From a virus (Duplodnaviria > Caudoviricetes), in IMG/VR virus record IMGVR_UViG_3300046710_000084, positions 1 to 43,256 of that record: DNA of 43,256 nucleotides; one strand, 5' to 3'. The notes beneath the pieces were generated by a model. The model saw only the letters and a list, made by a program, of their open reading frames with translations, was not told where the DNA came from and did not search any database. This document shows, in pieces, positions 37,089 through 43,256 of the stretch (within the stretch, counting starts at the first letter, position 1; each line of letters starts with the position of its first letter). Both the position numbers and the translations under genes were made by a program.

Positions 37089-37662
37089 ATCTCTCTCTAC
37101 CCACATTGTCAAGGGCTCAATGCTGGACGAAGCCAAGAAATCTGGTCAGTCTTTAGCATCGACATGGATGAACTGCAAACGTGCAGTTATCTGCGATGGC
37201 TCTGGCTCAATGTCCATGTGTGACAGTCGCGGTGGTAGGTCTCGCTTTGAAGTGCTGAAAGACGAGCTCATCAAGGTTCAGGGCGAGAACCCAGGCGCTA
37301 TCGCAGTAATTTCGTTCAGTGAATATCCTGAATGGAATGCCGATGGTATGCCAGTACAGTATGGCGGGGGAACTAGATTAGACCAAGCTCTGGAGTTCGT
37401 CAAGATGATAGATGATACTGGTATCGGTATCACTGTCATCAGTGATGGCGAACCTGATGACCCACGCCGTTGTATCAACATCGCTAAAACATTCAAGACC
37501 CATATAGATACAATCTATGTTGGCCCTGAGAACGAACACGGTGGTCGTGACTTCCTGGCTGAGTTAGCTAAGGCTTGCGGTGGTGTGCATCAGGATGATT
37601 TCAAGGTCAACCAGTTGGCCTCCAAGGTCGGGACTCTTCTTATCGGGAGTGGAAATGGATGA
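37075..37662 (+). CDS. von Willebrand factor A (vWA) domain protein, 195 aa
   Basis: MIDAS DGSGSM, GGT..DQAL, VISDGEPD, IDTIYVG, FL..LA...GG. Confidence 0.9.
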   Translation: MQPSKSLSTHIVKGSMLDEAKKSGQSLASTWMNCKRAVICDGSGSMSMCDSRGGRSRFEVLKDELIKVQGENPGAIAVISFSEYPEWNADGMPVQYGGGTRLDQALEFVKMIDDTGIGITVISDGEPDDPRRCINIAKTFKTHIDTIYVGPENEHGGRDFLAELAKACGGVHQDDFKVNQLASKVGTLLIGSGNG

Positions 37663-37793
37663 CCAGAAGTATGAGCCTGAAGAGCCTAAGTATGTCCTAT
37701 ACGAGGATTACAAAAAGCTGAAAACACAGGCTGATGCGCTATTGCTCACTATGAAGCATCTACAAACCAGAGTGGGAAAACTGGAACGTGTAA

Positions 37794-38396
37794 TTAGGCA
37801 GTGTCATCCTGCGGCGTGGCAGCTTGTGGACTAGGTTCTTCCTCATCCCCACTAGCAAGCTCAGGAAAGATATCAATGATGGTAGATTGGTGCGGGAGTG
37901 TCAGGTCTACTGAACCGTCAGGCATTGTCTTGATGTTGACAGTAGACCTCGACATCTCGTGCTTTACAGCCATCTTGCTATCTTCTACACGAGTCTTCGG
38001 GCCATGAAGCTGGTATTCCTTGGCATCATCAGACTGTGAGTGAACACCATGCTTGGTTTCGAGGTCATTACGTAGTTTGTCAACATACTTCAAGACCTTT
38101 AGCTGCATATCATGGTCTGCATATCCAGGCATGGTAACATTCTCTACAAGTCTACTAAGCAAAACAGCTTGAGCATTAGCCAGAGCAGTGAGTCTGATGC
38201 GCTCAGCTTCAGCAATATCGTTCTGGAGCATCTCAATGGCAATGTTATCTTTAGCAATCCATTCATCAAATTGCCATAATGAGATACCACTTACTTCGCA
38301 AGCTTTTGCTTTGTTTTCGCCCCTGATAATCATCTGGAGCGCTATCATCGCCTGAAGATATCTGGCTGCTTGAGTTTGCTCTGTAAGGTCAACCAT
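37794..38396 (-). CDS. HTH protein, terminase small subunit-like, ~200 aa, antisense
   Basis: N-terminal KAKACEVSGISLWQFDEW HTH, helical middle, beta/acidic tail. Start at MVDLTE. No TerS is evident next to terL. Confidence 0.5.
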   Translation of the reverse strand: MVDLTEQTQAARYLQAMIALQMIIRGENKAKACEVSGISLWQFDEWIAKDNIAIEMLQNDIAEAERIRLTALANAQAVLLSRLVENVTMPGYADHDMQLKVLKYVDKLRNDLETKHGVHSQSDDAKEYQLHGPKTRVEDSKMAVKHEMSRSTVNIKTMPDGSVDLTLPHQSTIIDIFPELASGDEEEPSPQAATPQDDTA

Positions 38397-38411
38397 GAGG
38401 AGAGTATACCA
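38397..38411 (-). promoter_or_regulatory. Extended -10 (leaderless) promoter overlapping the SD of the divergent gene
   Basis: Minus strand: TG-G-TATACT, 6 nt, ATG at 38396. Plus strand: GAGGAG, 8 nt, ATG at 38411. Confidence 0.55.
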
Positions 38412-38611
38412 TGAAATATTTATACGAATGTCCAAATTGTCATACACGCTATTGGCAAGAGCATGAGGAAACCAGCGACAATGCTTTTGTCAAGCACACT
38501 ACGATGTTTATACCTGAGGCAAACCCGACCATCGCTTTGTCTCCTGCTGATACCTGTGTCTGTGAGAATGTCTTTCTCAAAGACCTAGTTTATATAGCAT
38601 GTAAAGAATGA
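38411..38611 (+). CDS. Zinc-ribbon small protein, 66 aa
   Basis: YECPNC...CVC; GAGGAG RBS. Confidence 0.6.
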   Translation: MKYLYECPNCHTRYWQEHEETSDNAFVKHTTMFIPEANPTIALSPADTCVCENVFLKDLVYIACKE

Positions 38612-38820
38612 GAATAGTAATTGAGCACTCCCATACAAAGCGTGAGATAACAGGCGCTTTCAATATCTGTGGCAGTGGATATGACCTACGTGATTTAGCC
38701 GAGCAAATTCTGATGCAGGTTGGCAAGAAAGATAAACCTAAAGTTGAGTACGGATGGATAAGTATTACTGTACCAGCACCATCTATCGTTAGTACTGAAC
38801 CTAAACAGTGGGATGAGTGA
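38608..38820 (+). CDS. Hypothetical protein, 70 aa
   Basis: ATGA coupling. Confidence 0.55.
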   Translation: MRIVIEHSHTKREITGAFNICGSGYDLRDLAEQILMQVGKKDKPKVEYGWISITVPAPSIVSTEPKQWDE

Positions 38821-39092
38821 CAGCACCATGGGAATATGACCAAGACTCTGTTGAAGACCTGATGCGTGAGATATCCAATCTTGAGAAGCCAGGTGTATTT
38901 GATGTAAACTTACATAAGAAAGATTACTCTACGAACTTTGTAGCGTGTGCTACTTTGCGTGCTGATGGTCGAGGTTTCAGTGTCGAGCACAATAGCCCTA
39001 TCACAGCACTACAGGAGCTCAAGAAAGTATTGGCATCTCTATATTGCCTTACTTGTCATCAGCTAAAGCCAGCTAATGAGCAAAAAGAATAG
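38817..39092 (+). CDS. Hypothetical protein, 91 aa
   Basis: GTGA coupling; C-terminal CLTC. Confidence 0.55.
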   Translation: MTAPWEYDQDSVEDLMREISNLEKPGVFDVNLHKKDYSTNFVACATLRADGRGFSVEHNSPITALQELKKVLASLYCLTCHQLKPANEQKE

Positions 39093-39546
39093 ATATTTCA
39101 AAGTACTGAGACGCAATGCCTCTGCTCCAATAACATCTTTTCAATATACCAGATATCTACCCCATAAAGATGCTAATGGTAATTGGGTTCCTGGCAGATG
39201 GCTACCAGATATTCATGAACCACCCTACAGTAGAAATTTGAGAATGTGTCATCATGGATATCATGTTTGTAGAGCAGACGCTATCAAAATATGGTGGGAC
39301 TCGTACCATAGGCTTTTTGAGGTAGAGGTCAAAGGCAGGGGATTGCATAAAGAAGACAAATCTTGTTTCTCTAGCATTAGGCTACTCAGAGAAATCCCTA
39401 TAACCAGTGCCAAAATAGCTGGCATAAGGAGAAAGAGTAATTATCTATTTCAGAAATATCGGGTTGGTTATGACAGTCTGCGAAAGTATCTGGAACCTTA
39501 TTGTTTAGAGGTAATTGATAAACTATGCAACCTCTCACCAAGATAA
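39076..39546 (+). CDS. Conserved phage protein (C..G.H.C...EVE...K....IRLLREI family), 156 aa
   Basis: MCHHGYHVC, RLFEVEVKG, KSCFSSIRLLREI. Confidence 0.65.
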   Translation: MSKKNRYFKVLRRNASAPITSFQYTRYLPHKDANGNWVPGRWLPDIHEPPYSRNLRMCHHGYHVCRADAIKIWWDSYHRLFEVEVKGRGLHKEDKSCFSSIRLLREIPITSAKIAGIRRKSNYLFQKYRVGYDSLRKYLEPYCLEVIDKLCNLSPR

Positions 39547-39911
39547 AAGCTGTACTGTTCCCACCATTCATAAAATTGGTGGATACACTGGATGGTGTAT
39601 TTCATCGTACATCTATTCTGATAGATTATCCTGGTGAGACAATAAGTTTTGACTTGCTTGTCAAGCATGACTATAAGCTCTATCATGCAGCCAGAATAAA
39701 TGTAACCTGGACTGACACCAAGAAAGCTCTGTTAGATATCTGTCCTCCAGATGGTACTACGATTGATGTCTTTCAGTGGAAGAACGGTATCAAAACTATT
39801 GATATGCATGGTACTACCAGTTTACTGTCTGTCCAGCTTACACCAGAGAAACCTCTAGCTATAGGACTGGATAAGAAGGTTCTCAAGAAAGACCAAGATG
39901 CCACAAAATGA
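39525..39911 (+). CDS. Hypothetical protein, 128 aa
   Basis: Packed co-oriented ORF. Confidence 0.55.
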   Translation: MQPLTKIKAVLFPPFIKLVDTLDGVFHRTSILIDYPGETISFDLLVKHDYKLYHAARINVTWTDTKKALLDICPPDGTTIDVFQWKNGIKTIDMHGTTSLLSVQLTPEKPLAIGLDKKVLKKDQDATK

Positions 39912-40267
39912 CAGAGTTTACGTTGGTGCAGTTAGTTCCTAGTAATGTTACACACGCAGGACAATCTCATCAATGGTATATCTATGCTAATGACCTGAGA
40001 TTGTTCGAGTGGACAGTTGCATATCCTGAGTCAAGGTCAGTGGTGTATAGTAGACCAGCCTGGGAATTTGCTCCGTTCTTTGATGAAAGGGCTAAACTGG
40101 AGTCTACTATTGACCTCGATGGAGTAATGCAAATCTTGTGGCATCTCCGTATACCAAAGGAACAGATAAAAGCCTTTCAGTACTCTTTGGCTCATGGTGG
40201 TCACACCAGCAAATTGCTCAGATGGAACAGAGACAATGCCATACCTCAGCATACAGCTAGTAGTTGA
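39908..40267 (+). CDS. Hypothetical protein, 119 aa
   Basis: ATGA coupling. Confidence 0.55.
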   Translation: MTEFTLVQLVPSNVTHAGQSHQWYIYANDLRLFEWTVAYPESRSVVYSRPAWEFAPFFDERAKLESTIDLDGVMQILWHLRIPKEQIKAFQYSLAHGGHTSKLLRWNRDNAIPQHTASS

Positions 40268-40535
40268 AGCTACTGAAATTTTGCCTAGTTATGACCCTCC
40301 AGCGCAAAACCACTACGTAAAGCGGTTTGAGCCTGGAGTGGATGATACTACTCAGGCTTGGTATGCCATTTACTGCAAAAAGGGTGGCATGTCACACTGG
40401 ATAGTTGATTGTGCTGACCTTGGGATAGCACGTGAATGCGCCAAAGCCCTTGGTAAGAAGTATGGTTATCTAGTCGAAGAAGAGTTCCCTGCTGGCTGGA
40501 AGATACAGCCAGTCGAGAGACCGCTTGTTACTTGA
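40236..40535 (+). CDS. Hypothetical protein, ~99 aa
   Basis: Start placed at MPYLSI. Confidence 0.5.
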   Translation: MPYLSIQLVVEATEILPSYDPPAQNHYVKRFEPGVDDTTQAWYAIYCKKGGMSHWIVDCADLGIARECAKALGKKYGYLVEEEFPAGWKIQPVERPLVT

Positions 40536-40561
40536 CAAGCTCAGATATCTGAGTTTATAAT
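40532..40561 (+). promoter_or_regulatory. Consensus sigma70 promoter with a palindromic operator-like site in the spacer
   Basis: TTGACA (40532-40537), 18 nt, TATAAT (40556-40561); the spacer holds CTCAGATATCTGAG (40540-40553). Confidence 0.8.
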
Positions 40562-40574
40562 AAAGTATAACCAC

Positions 40575-40868
40575 ATGGTAAAACAAAACGAAGTATTCCA
40601 AATTGGAGAGTTGGTCTGGTATGCTGAGACACATAGGACAGCCAAGCATGTTCCATGCCCTGTTTGTTTCGGCACATTGGTGGTCACTGTTGTTTTAGGT
40701 AATGGGGAACTAATACTTACTCCATGCCGATACTGTGAGCGTGGTTTTGAAGGGCCTCGTGGATGGGTAGAGGGTGACTATGAATGGACAGCCGATGCAC
40801 GTGTAGGCAAAATCACCAGTATGCGTAGCGAGGTAGATGAGTTTGGTGAGCTCAGTGTTGTCTACTAG
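40575..40868 (+). CDS. Zinc-binding protein (CPVC...CRYC), 97 aa
   Basis: Two CxxC motifs. Confidence 0.6.
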   Translation: MVKQNEVFQIGELVWYAETHRTAKHVPCPVCFGTLVVTVVLGNGELILTPCRYCERGFEGPRGWVEGDYEWTADARVGKITSMRSEVDEFGELSVVY

Positions 40869-41688
40869 AGGATGCGGAGAATTAGCGCATGACGCTATGT
40901 ATCACTACTGGCCTCTTGGTAAGGGTGGTATTCCCATCAAGAGCCTGACACTATGCCCTGTATGGGTGCTAGACCGTGTAGCACTTGGAATTGGTTACAA
41001 GGGCATGACGTTACTCCCACAACTGGACTTGCTTGGAAACCCTGTAGTGGTCAATGGCAAGCCAGTGGTAGATATCTATGATATCGTGGGACGCAAGTAC
41101 TACAAGTACAAAGCCGACTTCTTTCAGGAAGGTTGTCTCCAGGGGTTTAGTCGGCGCTGGCCTACTAGTGTCGATATTGGTTTACTCACTCCTGGCTATT
41201 CTGTACACTATATGTGTACAGATGCCGCAGCTTATAAGGACGAGAGCGCCAATGAGATGCGTGAGGAAATCAATAACTGTAAAGAGCCAGCCTACAATCT
41301 GCACGAGTGCTACAAGAATATCCACAATTTACCGTTCACACCAGCATGGATTGAGACCTGTACATCTCAGTGGTATCACGAGATAGAGTTCTATGACACT
41401 CGTGAAAACATGGGATTGTTCTACAGGGATGTCAAATCCACTGACCCCAAAACAGGTCTGCCCTGGTCGTATCAGGTACATCCACGTATGGATGAACCAG
41501 AATGGCTGTTTGGGGCGTTCATGGCTCTTCCCATTGGTATCTTTCGTGCCACTACACCACGAGGCTCAGATAATCTGAGCGATAGGGTAAAGAAAGCAGC
41601 ACAGAAGGCTGTTGATATGGGTATTCCTGTAATGGTCACAAAGCTCAAGTCTGACCTTCCAGAAAGTGAAGAAGATGGCGAAGAGTAG
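40837..41688 (+). CDS. Hypothetical protein, up to 283 aa
   Basis: Long ORF with acidic C-terminus; start uncertain. Confidence 0.65.
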   Translation: MSLVSSVLSTRGCGELAHDAMYHYWPLGKGGIPIKSLTLCPVWVLDRVALGIGYKGMTLLPQLDLLGNPVVVNGKPVVDIYDIVGRKYYKYKADFFQEGCLQGFSRRWPTSVDIGLLTPGYSVHYMCTDAAAYKDESANEMREEINNCKEPAYNLHECYKNIHNLPFTPAWIETCTSQWYHEIEFYDTRENMGLFYRDVKSTDPKTGLPWSYQVHPRMDEPEWLFGAFMALPIGIFRATTPRGSDNLSDRVKKAAQKAVDMGIPVMVTKLKSDLPESEEDGEE

Positions 41689-41835
41689 TAGAGTACACAT
41701 CATATCTGGTGCTCCCAAGGATAATGTTTACATCAATCTCCAAAAATATTATCCAAGTGACTCTGTGAACGAAAGCATTATCCTCACTGGTGGCAAGAAA
41801 GTAACTATCATTGTTGTAGAAGAGGACGAAGAATA

Positions 41836-42399
41836 ATGGGTGACTTCAAACGAATTTCAAAAGAGCAAGCCAAAACTGTAAAGCACTTACTGAACTCTGC
41901 ATACAGTAACGATAGTCGCCCAATTCTGAGATGCATCAATGTTGATATCGAGAAAGACCAGATAGGTACTGCTAACGGTTTCCTGCTAACCTTTATCAAA
42001 TATAAAGAAAGCAGACTTGCTGAGATATTTCCTGAAAACGGTAGTTACAGTGTGCAGTTAGGTAAAATTGGCAAGGACAACATCATTGAGGTTGATAAAT
42101 TTATAAGCTCTGGTATGCCCTATCCCAATCTGAATGCCATTGTTCGTCCCCTAGCTATAAAGCCAACAGTAACTTTTGGGGTTGCCAAAGACCTGCTAGA
42201 GCGATTGACGCAATTGGCAGACGGTATGTTGATATTTCATGTGCTAAATGAAACAACGGCAATTGAGATGCAGTATGCTATAAACGGGGCTCCTTGCTTT
42301 AGTGTTCTCATGCCGATGCACATCTCAGACTCAACCAAAATCCGCACTGCACAGTGGCATCCTCAAGAGTTTGTACCAGTAGTAGCAGAGAAGAAATAA
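41836..42399 (+). CDS. Sliding clamp (DNA pol III beta)-like protein, shortened, 187 aa
   Basis: DSRPILRCINV, GTANGFLL (cf. ATDGHRL), YPN...IV and C-terminal VLMPM. Confidence 0.6.
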   Translation: MGDFKRISKEQAKTVKHLLNSAYSNDSRPILRCINVDIEKDQIGTANGFLLTFIKYKESRLAEIFPENGSYSVQLGKIGKDNIIEVDKFISSGMPYPNLNAIVRPLAIKPTVTFGVAKDLLERLTQLADGMLIFHVLNETTAIEMQYAINGAPCFSVLMPMHISDSTKIRTAQWHPQEFVPVVAEKK

Positions 42400-43256
42400 T
42401 GACCAAGAATATTCAGCTTCCGTTACTTACTGACCCTATTGGTGAACTTATCATGCTCAAGCTCTATGATATTACACCAGTGGAGGACTTGGACTGTCAA
42501 GAACCTGACCCTGAGCTCATAGCGATGGTTGCTCAGTCTTGGGTTCCCCCTATCATTGTTTGTCCTGACAACAGGTTTGTGAATGAAAACAACCATAATC
42601 TTTACTATCCCATTGATGGAAAGCGCCGTATCAAAGCCGTTGCGTATCTCGATGGACTTGGATATGAATTTCAGGGCATTCCTGTATCTAATATGCCAAT
42701 ACAGGCTATACTTCGTAAAGACCTCCATCCACAAGATGAAAATGCATATCGACTTGCATTTCAGGTAAACAACCTAAGAAGTCCCAATGTATCTACAGAT
42801 GTAAATGCCATCAGGTCTACTGCCCAAAGTTTAGGCGTAGATGTGTTTACTAAAGAGGGACGTTCTGCGATTGCGAAAGTATTGCGCTCAAATCCAGCCA
42901 CAATTGCACGTTTAGCAAAAGGTATAATGGTAGACCAAGTTGTAGTGGATGCCTACCAACGCAGTGAGATTTCGAGGGAGACCTTTACTGCAATTGCAGA
43001 GATGACTGACATTCAAGCCAAAAATGAGGTAGCTAGGCGTCTTACTGATGGTGAGAAACTCACCAAAGGTGATATTGTAGCTTACAAGAAAGAAGCCAAG
43101 CAAATCGAGCTTGTCCAATCTGTGGCATCACGACCAGCCAATGTCCAGGCGTCTGAAGGTAATCCATTGACCGAGGCTATTGAGTGGCTTGAGGTAGGTC
43201 TGGAGACTATCAACGAGCCCGAAGCTATCCCTATCAGAAAAGCATACGACTTGCTG
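42399..43256 (+). CDS. ParB-like protein (ParB/Srx N-domain plus HTH), runs off the window edge
   Basis: Not in the track (no stop). TAATG coupling; PPIIV...YPIDGKRRIKA, VNNLRSPN and HTH-like RSAIAKVLRSNPATIARL. Confidence 0.75.
   Translation, partial: MTKNIQLPLLTDPIGELIMLKLYDITPVEDLDCQEPDPELIAMVAQSWVPPIIVCPDNRFVNENNHNLYYPIDGKRRIKAVAYLDGLGYEFQGIPVSNMPIQAILRKDLHPQDENAYRLAFQVNNLRSPNVSTDVNAIRSTAQSLGVDVFTKEGRSAIAKVLRSNPATIARLAKGIMVDQVVVDAYQRSEISRETFTAIAEMTDIQAKNEVARRLTDGEKLTKGDIVAYKKEAKQIELVQSVASRPANVQASEGNPLTEAIEWLEVGLETINEPEAIPIRKAYDLL

Noticed and set aside
1-43256. Alternative genetic code, tRNAs, integrase, lysis genes
   Set aside because: Genes are long and tightly packed in the standard code, and no tRNA, integrase or endolysin motifs were recognised in this window.

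Overview
Internal fragment of a tailed dsDNA phage genome with siphovirus-type gene order, read in the standard bacterial code. The left arm (1-~27.5 kb, minus strand) is the morphogenesis module. In transcription order it holds small genes, terminase large subunit, portal, scaffold, N4-gp56-type major capsid, head-tail proteins, tail tube, an inserted glycosyl/phospho-transferase plus two O-methyltransferases, tail assembly chaperones with a GGGGGAA -1 frameshift, a 3501-aa protein in the tape-measure slot, a Dit-like gene and a large tail protein running off the edge. A G/C-run-rich divergent region (~27.5-27.75 kb) separates it from the right arm (plus strand). That arm has many small genes plus SSB, two HNH-type nucleases, a HARP-like/J-domain protein, a vWA protein, a clamp-like protein, a ParB-like protein and an antisense TerS-like HTH gene. 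The main finding is that the giant tape-measure protein carries the motifs of a single-chain two-barrel RNA polymerase in the expected order (K..G.G.K, GRWP, GGDFDLD, K..G..YN, Q..LD...K). These are followed by a YqaJ/lambda-exonuclease-like domain, a P/T/A/G linker and a conventional TMP C-terminal part, which suggests a virion RNA polymerase delivered as a tape-measure fusion. The second finding is a dispersed palindrome, CTCAGA-N2-4-TCTGAG, present at least 10 times, with copies at two sigma70-like promoters. All family calls are by eye from motifs and synteny; no searches were run.
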